DNA of 64,000 bases from positions 832,001 through 896,000 of the forward strand of contig OZ219786.1 of NCBI GenBank assembly GCA_964291285.2, given 5' to 3'. The first letter of the stretch is position 1. Each line of letters begins with the position of its first letter. Shown here piece by piece: positions 38,999 to 51,163 of the stretch. Under the pieces are notes generated by a model. That model ran no database searches and was not told the DNA's origin. It worked only from the letters and a program-made list of their open reading frames with translations. A program made the translations under genes and the position numbers. The stretch is from Alphaproteobacteria bacterium (GTDB lineage Bacteria > Pseudomonadota > Alphaproteobacteria > Bin95).

Positions 38999-40180
38999 TC
39001 AAGCAGCGGCGGCGGCGAATTCCCGGCAAGCGCCTTCCACCATGCCGACCGCCTCGCCGACATGCGAGTCCTCGACGACGAGCGGCGGCAGCAGCCGCAC
39101 GACATTCTCGCCCGCCGGCACCGCGAGCAGCCCCTGGCGGCGCAGCGCGCCGACGAACTCGCCATTGGCGGGGCCGGTGCGCAACCCGACCATCATGCCC
39201 GTGCCGCGCACTTCCAGGATCGTGTCCGGGTAGCGCGCTTTGAGTCCTTCCAGGCGCCCGTGCAGATCGGCCGCGCGGGCCTGCACGGCTTCGAGAAAGC
39301 CCTCGGCCAGCAGCGCGTCGAGCACGGCGTTGACGACGGCCGTCGCCAGCGGGTTGCCGCCGAAGGTCGAGCCGTGCGTGCCGGCGACCATGCCGGAGGC
39401 CGCCTCTTCCGTCGCGAGGCAGGCGCCGACGGGGAAACCGCCGCCGAGGCCCTTGGCGAGCGCCATCACGTCCGGGCGGACGCCCACCCACTCATAGGCG
39501 AACAGCTTGCCGGTGCGGCCCATCCCGCACTGCACCTCGTCAAGGAACATCAGGAGGCCGAACTCGTCGCAGACCTCGCGCACGCCCTTCAGGTAGTCCG
39601 GGGACATCGGGCGGATGCCGCCCTCTCCCTGCACCGGCTCCACCAGGATGGCGCAGGTCTCGCCGGTGACGGCCGCGCGCAGCTCGTTGAGATTGCCGAA
39701 GGCGACCTGGTCGAAGCCCTCGGTGACCGGGCCGAAGCCCTTGTAGAGTTTCTCCTGGCCGGATGCGGCGATGGAGGCAAGCGAGCGGCCGTGGAAGCAG
39801 CCCTCGACCGTGATGATGCGGAAGCGCTCCGGCTCGCCCTTGTCGGCATAGTGCTTGCGCACGAGCTTGATGCCGCATTCGATGGCCTCGAGGCCGGAAT
39901 TGCAGAAGAAGACCGTGTCCGCGAAGCTGTTCTCGGTCAGTCGTCGCCCGGCTCGCTCCTGGTTGGGAATGTTGTACAGGTTCGAGGTATGCCAGAGCCG
40001 GCCGGCCTGATCCTGGAGCGCGGCGACAAGGCCGGGATGGGCGTGGCCGAGAGCGGTCACGGCGATCCCGCCGCCGAAGTCCAGGAACCGCCGCCCGTCG
40101 GACGCGAAGAGGTACGGGCCTTCGCCTTTCTCGAAAGCGATGTCCCGATCCCCGTAGGTCGGCATCAGGGGGGCGATCAC
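38999..40180 (-). CDS. argD: Acetylornithine aminotransferase
   Basis: [44 protein letters not shown]; upstream of argF. Confidence 0.95.
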   Translation of the reverse strand: MIAPLMPTYGDRDIAFEKGEGPYLFASDGRRFLDFGGGIAVTALGHAHPGLVAALQDQAGRLWHTSNLYNIPNQERAGRRLTENSFADTVFFCNSGLEAIECGIKLVRKHYADKGEPERFRIITVEGCFHGRSLASIAASGQEKLYKGFGPVTEGFDQVAFGNLNELRAAVTGETCAILVEPVQGEGGIRPMSPDYLKGVREVCDEFGLLMFLDEVQCGMGRTGKLFAYEWVGVRPDVMALAKGLGGGFPVGACLATEEAASGMVAGTHGSTFGGNPLATAVVNAVLDALLAEGFLEAVQARAADLHGRLEGLKARYPDTILEVRGTGMMVGLRTGPANGEFVGALRRQGLLAVPAGENVVRLLPPLVVEDSHVGEAVGMVEGACREFAAAAA

Positions 40181-40291
40181 GATCGGGTCTCCTTCAAGGG
40201 TTCTTCAAACATGCGTCCCCGCCGCGAGCCGGCGGGGAAGGCCGCAATAAGTGGTTCCCGGAGGCTTCATGTCAATGGTCCGGTTCGAGCG

Positions 40292-41017
40292 TCAGTCCTC
40301 GCGCACGCCGGCGGCGAGGTAGCCCCCGTCCACCGGCAGCACGACGCCGTTGACATAGGCCGCCGCCTCGCCGGCGAGGAACACCGCCGCATCAGCCATC
40401 TCCTCGCAGAGGCCGTAGCGCGCCGCCGGGATCATGCGGTGATAGTTCGCGCGGGCCGCGGGCGTGTGGTGGACCCGGGTGAGTTCGGTATCGACCGGCC
40501 CCGGCGCAATCGCATTCACCGTGATGCCGAAGGGCGCAAGCTCGTGGGCTGCCTGCTGCGTGAGTGCAACGACCCCGGCCTTGGAGATGCCGTAGGCCAT
40601 CCGCTCGGCGCCGGCGCGCACGCCGGAGATCGAGGCGATATTGACGATGCGCCCGTAGCCGGCCTCGACCATGGGGCGCGCCGCTTCCTGCAGGCAGTAG
40701 AAGCTGCCGTAGAGGTTGACCCGGAGTACGCGATCGAAGTCTTCCGGCGTTACATCGAAAATGGCATGGCGGACGCTGATGCCCGCGACATTGGCCAGAA
40801 TGTCGATGCGACCGTGGCGCGCGACCGTCTCGGCGACCAGCCGCCCGGCGTCCTCCGGCCTCGAGACGTCGATGACGAGGCCGTCGGGCCCGAGCCCGTC
40901 CGTCTTCATGTCAGCCGCCACCACCTCTGCTCCTTCGGCCCGGAAGGCCGCGGCAATCGCCCCGCCTATCCCGCCGCCGGCGCCCGTCACCGCCGCAACC
41001 CGCCCTTGCAAACGCAT
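40292..41017 (-). CDS. Short-chain dehydrogenase/reductase
   Basis: TGAGGGIG, NVAG, YGISK, NAIAPG, VDGG. Confidence 0.92.
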   Translation of the reverse strand: MRLQGRVAAVTGAGGGIGGAIAAAFRAEGAEVVAADMKTDGLGPDGLVIDVSRPEDAGRLVAETVARHGRIDILANVAGISVRHAIFDVTPEDFDRVLRVNLYGSFYCLQEAARPMVEAGYGRIVNIASISGVRAGAERMAYGISKAGVVALTQQAAHELAPFGITVNAIAPGPVDTELTRVHHTPAARANYHRMIPAARYGLCEEMADAAVFLAGEAAAYVNGVVLPVDGGYLAAGVRED

Positions 41018-41185
41018 CGCTCTTCTTTCCTTGTCCGCGAAAATCCAGGACCCGGCAGCCGATCCCGCGCCGGGACCCAACGAGGCTAACACATGCTTGC
41101 CGCACAACGGATCGAAGGCCTGCAAATGCGCGCGCGGCAGGATTAGAATAGGCTGTTTCGCCGTATTCGCCGGGAGGTAAGGCGT

Positions 41186-42142
41186 TTGCCCATCACGCTG
41201 CGCCAGTTGCGTTATTTCCAGGCTCTCGTCGAGCACGGCTCCTTCAGCCGCGCCGCGGAGAGCGTATTCGTGTCCCAGCCCGCGCTGTCGCTCCAGATCC
41301 GCGAGCTCGAGGCCACGCTCGGCGGGCCGCTGGTGGAGCGCGAGAGCCGGGGCGTTCATCTCACCCGCCTCGGCCGGGAGGCGCATGAGCAGGCGCTGCG
41401 GATTCTGGACGAGACCAATTTCCTGGAGCTCATGGGGAAACAGTTCGATGACGGCCGGGCAAGGGTCGCGATCGGCATTATTTCCACCCTGTCGCCATAT
41501 CTGCTGCCGGGCCTTCTGAAGCGCTTGCAGGAGACGACGCCCCGCATCGAACCCGGCGTCGTCGAGGCGACCGGCAACGACCTCCTGGCCGGCTTGCAGT
41601 CGGGCCGCCTGGACGCGGCGGTCCTTTCCCTGCCGGTCGGCGTGATCGAGCTGCCGGAGCGGGAGTTGTTCGAAGACCGGTTCCTGGTCGCGGGCCGTCC
41701 CGGCGCGGTGGACGCCGTCCGTTCGCATTCCGACGCGCCCCGCCCCGAGGACCTGGCGCGGGCCGATATCGGGCCGCTGCTCACCCTTGCGGACGGACAT
41801 TGCCTCGCCGACCAGGTTCTGGGGGCCTGCTCGATGTGGCGCCAGCAGGAAGTCCACCGCGGCGCCGGTTCGCTGGCCACGCTGGCGCGTCTGGTCGCGG
41901 GCGGGGAAGGCATCACGCTCATTCCGGAAACCGCCCTGCCCTGCGAAAGCGGGATGTCTCCGGACCTCCGCTTCATGCGCTTCGCCGCGCCGGAGCCATT
42001 GCGGCGGATCGGCCTGATCCACCGCCTTGCCACCCACGGACAGCGCTGGATCGACCCCTTGGCCGAAGCGGTGGCGGATGCCGGCAGGGAACTGACCGGA
42101 CAGGCGCGCCGGTTGGTGGCCGAAGCTCCTGCGGCCGCCTGA
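41186..42142 (+). CDS. oxyR: LysR-family regulator, OxyR-like
   Basis: TLRQLRYF...SQPALSLQI HTH; DGHCLADQVLGAC with two Cys spaced as the OxyR redox pair; TTG start with GGGAGG RBS. Confidence 0.75.
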   Translation: MPITLRQLRYFQALVEHGSFSRAAESVFVSQPALSLQIRELEATLGGPLVERESRGVHLTRLGREAHEQALRILDETNFLELMGKQFDDGRARVAIGIISTLSPYLLPGLLKRLQETTPRIEPGVVEATGNDLLAGLQSGRLDAAVLSLPVGVIELPERELFEDRFLVAGRPGAVDAVRSHSDAPRPEDLARADIGPLLTLADGHCLADQVLGACSMWRQQEVHRGAGSLATLARLVAGGEGITLIPETALPCESGMSPDLRFMRFAAPEPLRRIGLIHRLATHGQRWIDPLAEAVADAGRELTGQARRLVAEAPAAA

Positions 42143-42173
42143 GCCGGGCCGCCGCAGGTCCCTGCTGCCCGCA

Positions 42174-43877
42174 TTACCCGCCTGCCGCCTTCGCCATGAA
42201 ATCGAAATCGCAGCCCCGGTTCGCCTGGGTCACGGTCTCCAGATAGAGCTTGAGATAGCCGCGCTGCGAACCGGCATGGGCCGGCGGCTTCCAGTCCGCG
42301 CGCCGCCGTTCAAGCTCCGCTTCGTCCACCAGCAGGTCGAGGCGCCGCCCCGGCGTGTCGAGGCGGATGCGGTCGCCGGTGCGCACGAGCGCAAGCGGCC
42401 CGCCGACCGCCGCCTCCGGGCAGCAGTGCAGCACGATCGTGCCGAAGGCCGTTCCCGACATGCGCGCATCGGAGATACGCAGCATGTCGCGCACACCTTC
42501 CGCCGCGAGCTTTTTCGGAATGGGCATCGAGCCCGCCTCCGGCATGCCCGGCGCGCCCTTCGGCCCGGCATTGCGGAGCACCAGCACATCGTCGGCCGCC
42601 ACATCCAGGTCGGGATCGTCGATCCGCTCCGCGAGGTCCTCCAGCCCGTCGAACACCACCGCCCGGCCCTCATGCACCAGCAGGTCCGGGCTTGCCGCCG
42701 ACTGCTTGATGACGGCCGTGTCCGGCGCGAGCGTGCCGCGCAGCACGGCGACGCCCCCTTCCGGCCAGATCGGGTCCGCCAGCGGGCGCACGACCGTCTG
42801 GCCCGGATGCTCGTCGGCCGCCCCGTCGATCTCCTCGCCGAGCGTGCGCCCCGTCACCGTCAGCGCGTCGAGATTCAGGAGAGCCTTCAGTTCCTTCAGG
42901 ATGGGCGCCGCGCCGCCCGCGCGGTGCAGGTCCTCCATGTAGTGCCGGCCCGAGGGCTTCAGGTCCACCAGCACGGGCGTCTCCCGGCCCATCCGGTCGA
43001 TGGCGTCGAGGTCCACCTCGATCCCGAGCCGGCCGGCGACCGCCGCCATGTGGATCAGGCCGTTGGTCGAGCCGCCGACCGCGAGGAGCATGCGCAACGC
43101 GTTCTCGAAGGCGGCCGGCGTCATGATGCGGTCGGGAGTCAGCCCCTCCCCTGCCAGCGCGACGGCGCGGGCGCCGGTGGCCTCCGCATGGCGCAGCCGG
43201 TCGGCATGGACCGCCGGGATGGCCGCGCCGCCGGGCAGCATCATGCCGATGGTCTCGGTCATCAGCGCCATTGTGGAGGCCGTGCCCATCACCATGCAGG
43301 TGCCGGCCGTCGGCATCAGCCGCCCGCCGGCGAGTTCGATTTCCGCCTCGTCCATGTCGCCCGCCCGGTAGAGACCCCAGAGCCGCCGGCAGTCGGTGCA
43401 GGCGCCGAGCCTCTCGCCCCGGAAATGGCCGGTCATCATCGGCCCCGTCACCTCCATGATGGCGGGAATGCCGGCGCTCGCCGCGCCCATCAGCAACGCC
43501 GGCACCGTCTTGTCGCAGCCGCCGATCAGCACCACGGCGTCCATCGGCTGGGCGCGGACCATCTCCTCCGTGTCCATCGCCATGAGGTTGCGCAGGAACA
43601 TGGAGGTGGGGTGCGAGAAGCTCTCGTGGATCGAGATCGTCGGGAAGCGGATCGGCAGCCCGCCCGCATGCATGACGCCGCGCTCGATGGCGGCAATCAG
43701 GTCCGGCACGGTGCGGTGGCAGCCATTGTAGCCGCTGAACGTGTCGGTGATGGCGACGATGGGGCGTTCGAGCGCCTCGTCGGAATAGCCCATCGCCTTG
43801 ATGAACGCCTTGCGCAGGAAGAAGGAGAGCCCGGCGTCGCCGTATTGGGCGAGGCCGGAACGGATGCCATCGGTCAC
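42174..43877 (-). CDS. IlvD/Edd-family dihydroxy-acid dehydratase
   Basis: GGCDKTVP, GTCMVMGTASTM, GGSTN, GPKGAPGMPE, SDARMSGT. Confidence 0.92.
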   Translation of the reverse strand: MTDGIRSGLAQYGDAGLSFFLRKAFIKAMGYSDEALERPIVAITDTFSGYNGCHRTVPDLIAAIERGVMHAGGLPIRFPTISIHESFSHPTSMFLRNLMAMDTEEMVRAQPMDAVVLIGGCDKTVPALLMGAASAGIPAIMEVTGPMMTGHFRGERLGACTDCRRLWGLYRAGDMDEAEIELAGGRLMPTAGTCMVMGTASTMALMTETIGMMLPGGAAIPAVHADRLRHAEATGARAVALAGEGLTPDRIMTPAAFENALRMLLAVGGSTNGLIHMAAVAGRLGIEVDLDAIDRMGRETPVLVDLKPSGRHYMEDLHRAGGAAPILKELKALLNLDALTVTGRTLGEEIDGAADEHPGQTVVRPLADPIWPEGGVAVLRGTLAPDTAVIKQSAASPDLLVHEGRAVVFDGLEDLAERIDDPDLDVAADDVLVLRNAGPKGAPGMPEAGSMPIPKKLAAEGVRDMLRISDARMSGTAFGTIVLHCCPEAAVGGPLALVRTGDRIRLDTPGRRLDLLVDEAELERRRADWKPPAHAGSQRGYLKLYLETVTQANRGCDFDFMAKAAGG

Positions 43878-44231
43878 GGGTGAAGCACCTTTCGGTTGTC
43901 CGGGGCGGAGGGAGTCGAGTTTGCGGCCCCGGGGGCGGAGGGCCAAGCGCGATGTGTCATGTGGATGTCATGGAATGTCATGTTCTGTCATGCGGGCCTG
44001 TCTCCGCCCCGGCCGTTTGCAAGGCATTGCAGCCTCCTTGTCGGTCTGCGGTCCCGGATGCCCCGTTGCCGGAGGAGCGCTCCTCCCGCGCGCATAATGC
44101 GCGTCCGGCCGCGCGTGCGCGCACGTGTGCGCGAAGCGGCGGGGCCGTCCCCTCCACCGTGGATGTCATGTTGTGTCATGGAGGCACGCCGCGGGACCTT
44201 CCTCCCGAGACGCCATCCCGATCCTCTTCCC

Positions 44232-44368
44232 ATCGTGCCCGGACTTGTTCCGGGCATCTCTCCCTGGACCGTTGCAGCGGCGGAAGTGGCAAGTCCGGGC
44301 ATGACGAATGGGAGACGGGGCGGGCCATCCTTCGATACGCGGCCGGCGCCGCTGCTCAGGATGAGGGG
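44232..44368. repeat. REP-like palindromic remnants inside element B
   Basis: tgcccggacttg ... caagtccgggca inverted pair (about 44236-44301); tccttcgatacgc...ctcaggatgaggg half-repeat matching 6307-6363. Confidence 0.65.
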
Positions 44369-44799
44369 AGGGGCCCGCTCCACGGGAATGTCACGAAATG
44401 TCATGATCTGCATGCGCGCGGCGCATATCCTGTGGTCGTTTCAGACATGAGACCACCGTTTGTCTCCCCGCCTCGCCTGCGAGGGAAGGCCGGGGCGGGA
44501 GGCCCTCTCTCGATCCGGCACGGCCTTGCCGGAACGCGCGGCCGCCGGGCCTTCTTTCGGCCCCCTCCGCAGGCGGGAGAGGCGCTTGTGTGGCGGCAGG
44601 CCATCCTGTCGAAGCCGTATTCGCCTGCATCCCGCACATCGTTCCTTCATCCCGTTTCGTTCCCTTTCATTCCCCTCTCCCCGCCGCCGGCCTGCCCGGC
44701 AAGCGGGACCCTGATTCGCGCGTATCGCGCGGGCGCGGGCGGGTGTCGGCGCCGGCGCGGTTCGCGCACCTGATTGCGCCTGCGCCTGCCCGCGCATAA

Positions 44800-45927
<1,128 letters not shown>

Positions 45928-46146
45928 CCGACAACACAGTCGCTCTCCTGTCGGCTCCCAAAGGTATTTTTCGCGTCGGCGCCAACGCGAAAGACGAAGC
46001 GGCCTCCGGATACCGCTTCGTCCGATTCAATATAACATATGATTTAGATATGTCAATTCATTTTGAGATTTATTGCCAATAATTCGAACAAATGCGTTTG
46101 CCGATCCCGCCGTTGCACGAACGGCCCATACAGACCGAATCCTGGC

Positions 46147-47269
46147 CTACCCCCCGTCCGCCGCCCGGTCCGCGCCCACCCTTGCGGCCAGCGCGGCGCT
46201 CAGGAAGTCGTCGATATTGCCGTCCAGCACGCCCTGGGCGTTGCCCTTCTCCACGCCGGTGCGCAGGTCCTTCACCATCTGGTAGGGCTGGAGCACGTAG
46301 GAGCGGATCTGGTTGCCCCAGCCGATGTCCGCCTTCGCCGCCTGCTCCGCCGCGGCTTCGGCCTCGCGCCGCTGGAGCTCGTGCTCGTAGAGCCGCGCCT
46401 TCAGCATCGCCATGGCCGTCGCCCGGTTGCGGTGCTGCGAGCGGTCGTTCTGGCACTGGACGACGATGCCAGTCGGCATGTGCGTGATCCGGACGGCGCT
46501 CTCGGTCTTGTTGACATGCTGCCCGCCAGCGCCGGACGCCCGGTAGACATCCACCCGGAGCTCGCTCTCGTCGATCTCGATCTCGATGCGGTCGTCCACC
46601 ACCGGATAGACCCAGGCCGAGGCGAAGCTGGTGTGGCGGCGCGACTGGCTGTCGAAGGGCGAGATGCGCACTAGGCGGTGGACGCCGCTCTCCGTCTTCA
46701 GCCAGCCATAGGCGTTCTCGCCCCTGATCCGCACCGACGCGGACTTGATGCCCGCTTCCTCGCCGGGGCTCTCTTCCAGCCATTCGAGCTTGTAGCCGCC
46801 AGCGTCGGCCCAGCGGACATACATGCGCAACAGCATCTCGGCCCAGTCCTGCGCCTCCGTGCCGCCCGCGCCGGCGTTCACTTCCAGGTAGCAGTCATTG
46901 CCGTCGGCCTCGCCGGACAGCAGGCTCTCCAGCCTGCGGCGGGCGGCCCGGTCCCGAATCGATTCGAGTTCGGCTTCGGCCTCGTCGAGCGCCGCCCGGT
47001 CCTCTTCCGCCTCGCCGAGCTCGTAAAGCGTGATCGCGTCTTCCAGCGCGCCTTCGAGCGCACGGTAGCCTTCCAGCCCGCCGGCCAGCCGCGTCCGTTC
47101 GCGCATCACCTCCTGGGCGCGCGCCGGATCGTTCCAGAGTTCGGGCGCTTCGGCCTCGGCGTTCAACGCCTCTAGGCGCGCCGTGGATGCGTCCCAGTCA
47201 AAGATGCCTCCGGATCAGGGCAAGGCTGTCGCGAATGTCATCCACAAGGGCCTGCGCTTCGGCACGCAT
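46147..47269 (-). CDS. prfB: Peptide chain release factor 2 (programmed +1 frameshift)
   Basis: SPF and GGQ motifs; ATG at 47269 reads [23 protein letters not shown] then CTT TGA C (47203-47197) preceded by GGAGG. Confidence 0.97.
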
Positions 47270-47299
47270 CGAGCAGTCTCCGCCGAATTCGGGATCGGG

Positions 47300-49687
47300 T
47301 CAGTATATACCGGAAATGCCCTCGCGGCTTCCTGCCGGCAGGCGGCCGGGCTCTCCGGGGCGGGGCTCGGTTCCCGGCTTGAAGGCCTCCAGGATGATGT
47401 CGGCCTCGCCGGGCGCCGCGGGCTTGCCGGTGGTGCGCCCGACCCGCACGAAAGACATGCCGGGCGGAATCCGGAAGGGCGTCGCCGGCGCCCCGTCGAG
47501 AGCCTCGCGCATGAAGGCGCCGAACACGGGCGCCGCCACGGAGGAGCCCGTTTCCGCATGGCCGAGCGTGCGGGGCCGGTCGAAGCCGACATACACGCCC
47601 ACCACAAGGTCGGAGGCGAAGCCCACGAACCAGGCATCGACATAGTCGCTGGTCGTGCCCGTCTTTCCGGCAAGCGGCTTGCCAACCGCGCGCAGCCGCC
47701 GTCCGGTACCGCGCAGCACCGCGCCCTCCAGCATGGACACCACCTGATAGACGCTCTGCGGGTCCGCAATCCGCTCGCGCGGGTCCGGCGGGTAAGGCAC
47801 TTCCGGCCTCAGCTCCTCAAGCGCGTTGCAATCCGGGCAGACCCTGCGTTCATGGCGGAAGACCGTCCGCCCGTGGCGGTCCTGGACACGGTCGATGAGC
47901 GTCGGCGAGATGCGCCTTCCGCCATTGGCGAGCATGGCGTAGCCGGCCGTCATCCGGGAGAGCGTCGTCTCGCCCGCGCCAAGCGACATCGACAGCACTT
48001 CCGGCATCCTGTCCTGGATGCCGAACCGGGCCGCAACAGCCGCAACATCGCCCATGCCGACGGCCTGGGCGAGGCGCACGGTCATCAGGTTGCGGGATTT
48101 CTCGATGCCGATTCGCATCGGGACGATGCCGTGGAAGGAGCCGGAGTAGTTTTGCGGCCGCCAGAGGCCGAGACCGGCGCCCTGGTCGATGACGATGGGC
48201 ATGTCCGCAAGCAGCGTTGCCGGCGTGTAGCCCTCCTGGAGCGCCGCCAGGTAAACGAACGGCTTGAAGGCCGATCCGGGCTGGCGCATCGCCTGGGTCG
48301 CGCGGTTGAACTCGCTGCGCCCGGCGTCATAGCCGCCCACCATGGCGAGCACATGCCCGGTATGCGGGTCCATTGCAACCAGCGCGCCCTCGATTTCGGG
48401 TATCTGGCGCAGCGCCCATCCGCCCCCGGGTCCCGCCGGCTCCACCGCGACCAGGTCGCCCGCCTTCAGGACCTGCTGCAGGCGTTTCGGCTCCGCGCCG
48501 ATCCTCCCCTCCGCCAGCGCGCGTCTGGCCCACCGGGCTTCCTCCAGCCCAATGCGTCCGGTGCCGCCGTCCTTCAGCAATATGTCGGCGGCCTTCGCCG
48601 AAACGGCGGTCACGGCGGCCAGACGATAGGGGCTGAGCCCCGGCGGGCGGGGCGCGGATCTCAGCGCCGCTTCGAGATTGTCCTCGTCGAGCCGGGCGAT
48701 GGGGCCGCGCCAGCCGTGGCGGCGGTCGTAGTTCTGCAGGCCGGCGCGCAGGGCCCGTTCGCCTGCCCGCTGCAGTCTCGGGTCGATGGTGGTGCGGACG
48801 GACAGCCCGCCGGAATAGAGCTTGTCCTGTCCGAAGACCTCCATGAGCTCCCGGCGGACCTCCTCCGAAAACCACTTCGCCTTGAAGAACTCCGTTGCGC
48901 CGCGGGAGCGGAGCTCCAGCGGCGCGGCGACGGCCTCCTCCGCCTCCACCGGCGATATGCGCCCGTCTTCCAGCATCCGCCGCACCACCCAGTTGCGGCG
49001 CGTGAGCGCCTGCGCCCGGCGCCGGACGGGGTGGTAGTTGTTGGGCGCCTTGGGCAGGGCGGCAAGGAAGGCCGCTTCGGCAATCGTGAGGTCGTCGAGC
49101 GAGCTGTTGAAATAGTTGAGCGCCGCCGCCGCGACGCCGTAGGAGCCGAAGCCCAGGTAAATCTGGTTCAGGTAAAGCTCGAGGATGGCGTCCTTGGGCA
49201 GCGCCTTTTCGAGCCTGAGCGCCAGGATCGCCTCCCTGATCTTCCGCTCGACGGTGGCTTCCGGGCTCAGCAGGAAATTCTTGGCGACCTGCTGCGTGAT
49301 CGTCGATCCGCCTACCGGACGGCGGGCGGCTTCGGACAATTTGCTGCGCAGGAAGGTGTAGCCGGCCCGAAACAGGCCGGCGGGATCGAGGCCGGCATGG
49401 CGGTAGAAGCTCTTGTCCTCGGCGGCGAGGAACGCATCCACGACCCGCTTCGGGATGGCATCGACCGGGACGAACAGCCGATGCTCGACCGCGAACTCCG
49501 CCAGCAGGCGGCCGTCGCCGGCATGTACGCGCGTGGCGACCGGCGGCTCGTAGGTCGCAAGCCAGCCATAGGCGGGAAGGCCGCGGGAGAAATGATCGGC
49601 CGCGACGAGCGCGGCGATTCCGGCCGCCGCGACGACCGCGACGCCAAGCCAGAAGAACCAGGAGAAGATGCGCCGCAGCCGCTTCAT
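47300..49687 (-). CDS. mrcA: Penicillin-binding protein 1A
   Basis: AAEDKSF, GGSTITQQVAKN, RKIRE transglycosylase; SAFK, SRN and KTG transpeptidase motifs. Confidence 0.95.
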   Translation of the reverse strand: MKRLRRIFSWFFWLGVAVVAAAGIAALVAADHFSRGLPAYGWLATYEPPVATRVHAGDGRLLAEFAVEHRLFVPVDAIPKRVVDAFLAAEDKSFYRHAGLDPAGLFRAGYTFLRSKLSEAARRPVGGSTITQQVAKNFLLSPEATVERKIREAILALRLEKALPKDAILELYLNQIYLGFGSYGVAAAALNYFNSSLDDLTIAEAAFLAALPKAPNNYHPVRRRAQALTRRNWVVRRMLEDGRISPVEAEEAVAAPLELRSRGATEFFKAKWFSEEVRRELMEVFGQDKLYSGGLSVRTTIDPRLQRAGERALRAGLQNYDRRHGWRGPIARLDEDNLEAALRSAPRPPGLSPYRLAAVTAVSAKAADILLKDGGTGRIGLEEARWARRALAEGRIGAEPKRLQQVLKAGDLVAVEPAGPGGGWALRQIPEIEGALVAMDPHTGHVLAMVGGYDAGRSEFNRATQAMRQPGSAFKPFVYLAALQEGYTPATLLADMPIVIDQGAGLGLWRPQNYSGSFHGIVPMRIGIEKSRNLMTVRLAQAVGMGDVAAVAARFGIQDRMPEVLSMSLGAGETTLSRMTAGYAMLANGGRRISPTLIDRVQDRHGRTVFRHERRVCPDCNALEELRPEVPYPPDPRERIADPQSVYQVVSMLEGAVLRGTGRRLRAVGKPLAGKTGTTSDYVDAWFVGFASDLVVGVYVGFDRPRTLGHAETGSSVAAPVFGAFMREALDGAPATPFRIPPGMSFVRVGRTTGKPAAPGEADIILEAFKPGTEPRPGEPGRLPAGSREGISGIY

Positions 49688-49727
49688 GGGTCCCAGAAAC
49701 AAACCAACTTCATGGCAAAATCAAGGC

Positions 49728-50960
49728 TCACCCGCGCCGCCCGGCAAAGTAATGCGCCAGCGCTGCCTCGATGGCGTCGGCCACCTCCTCCCGCGTCGCG
49801 GGCCGCGTGAGCCGCCGCTCGTCCGAGGGACTCGACAGGAAGCCCAGTTCGATCAGCACCGAGGGCACTTTCGGCGATTTCAACACCCGGAAGGCGGCGG
49901 ACCGGTGCGGCCGGCGCAACAAGGGGCCGCGCACCCCCAGTTCGAAGAGAAGCAGCCTCGCGAATTCCACCGAGCGATTGGTCGCGCTGCGCTGCTGCAT
50001 GTCTATCAGGTGGCCGGCGACCTCGGCGTCGCCGTCGAATTCGAGGCCGGCGACCAGGTCCGCCCTGTTCTCCTGCGCGGCGAGCTCCCTCGCGAGCCCG
50101 TCGGACCCTTTTCCCGAGAGGGTGTAGAGCGACGCGCCGCGGGCGCTCTTGCGCGCCACCGAGTCGGCGTGCAGCGAAATGAACAGGTCGGCGCGCGCCG
50201 CCTGCCCGATGGCGACCCGCTTGCCGAGCGGCAGGAAGCGGTCGTCATTGCGCGTCAGGCGGATATTGTATTTCCCGCTCGCAGCCAGGCGGAGCGCCAG
50301 GGTCGCCGCGAATTCGAGCACGACCGCCTTTTCATGGACGCCGCTCTGGCCGATCGCCCCCGGATCAACGCCGCCATGGCCGGGATCGATCACGATTGTC
50401 GGTCTCTCCAGATGCGGCGGCAGCCGGGGCAGGGGCGCGGCCGGGCGCTCCGCCTCCGGCCTCAGGCTCCCGAAACCCGCGCCCGCCGGGCCTCCCCGGC
50501 GGAGCGGCGCCAGGTCGAGCACGAGCCGGTGCCCCCGGCCCTGCGAAGGGGGCCAGACGCTGGCCGCCGCGACTCGCATCGGCGCGTCCAGGTCCAGCAC
50601 CACGCGCCACACGCCTTCGTCGAACACGCCCGCCCTCAGCCCCGAAACCGGGCCCGCGCGGCGCGTCGGCAGGTCGGGGGCCCTTGCCGGCAAAGGCAGA
50701 TCGACGACCGCCCGGTCCGGGTCGGAGAGCGTGAAGGCGCGGAAGGGCGTGTCCGCGGACAGGTCGAGCACGAGCCGGGCGCCGTTACCGCGCTGGGCCA
50801 GCCGCATGCCCTCGACCTCGAAGGCCGCGATCCGGCTCGAATCGAGGGCCAGAAACAGCACCGCCAGGATTAGCGATTGCCGCAAGACGGTTATCGGGCT
50901 ATTGTAGGAGGCGCTTGCTGGTCTGCGTTCCTTTGCCGAGCGGGCCGTTCCTGTCGCCAT
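49728..50960 (-). CDS. amiC: N-acetylmuramoyl-L-alanine amidase (AMIN + amidase_3); start may be TTG at 50885
   Basis: IDPGHGGVDPGA, FISLHAD, PSVLIELGFLS; signal-like N-terminus. Confidence 0.9.
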   Translation of the reverse strand: MATGTARSAKERRPASASYNSPITVLRQSLILAVLFLALDSSRIAAFEVEGMRLAQRGNGARLVLDLSADTPFRAFTLSDPDRAVVDLPLPARAPDLPTRRAGPVSGLRAGVFDEGVWRVVLDLDAPMRVAAASVWPPSQGRGHRLVLDLAPLRRGGPAGAGFGSLRPEAERPAAPLPRLPPHLERPTIVIDPGHGGVDPGAIGQSGVHEKAVVLEFAATLALRLAASGKYNIRLTRNDDRFLPLGKRVAIGQAARADLFISLHADSVARKSARGASLYTLSGKGSDGLARELAAQENRADLVAGLEFDGDAEVAGHLIDMQQRSATNRSVEFARLLLFELGVRGPLLRRPHRSAAFRVLKSPKVPSVLIELGFLSSPSDERRLTRPATREEVADAIEAALAHYFAGRRG

Positions 50961-51163
50961 CCGAATAGCTTTTTTCGTTTGCGCCGCCAGTGAAAGTCCG
51001 GCCGGCCGGGGTCTACACGGATCGGCAGCGTGCGTTCAATGTCTCAATCCACGGCGCGCCCGGGCGGTCGAGCCCGCGCGATCGGAGGCCGGAATGAGTG
51101 TTACGAGCCTGCCGGATCGCTGCCCCCGCCCCTGCGCTGCCGCATACCCGGAGCCCTACCCTA

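Noticed and set aside
47183-49810. 875-aa plus-strand ORF
   Set aside because: Antisense to mrcA; shadow ORF
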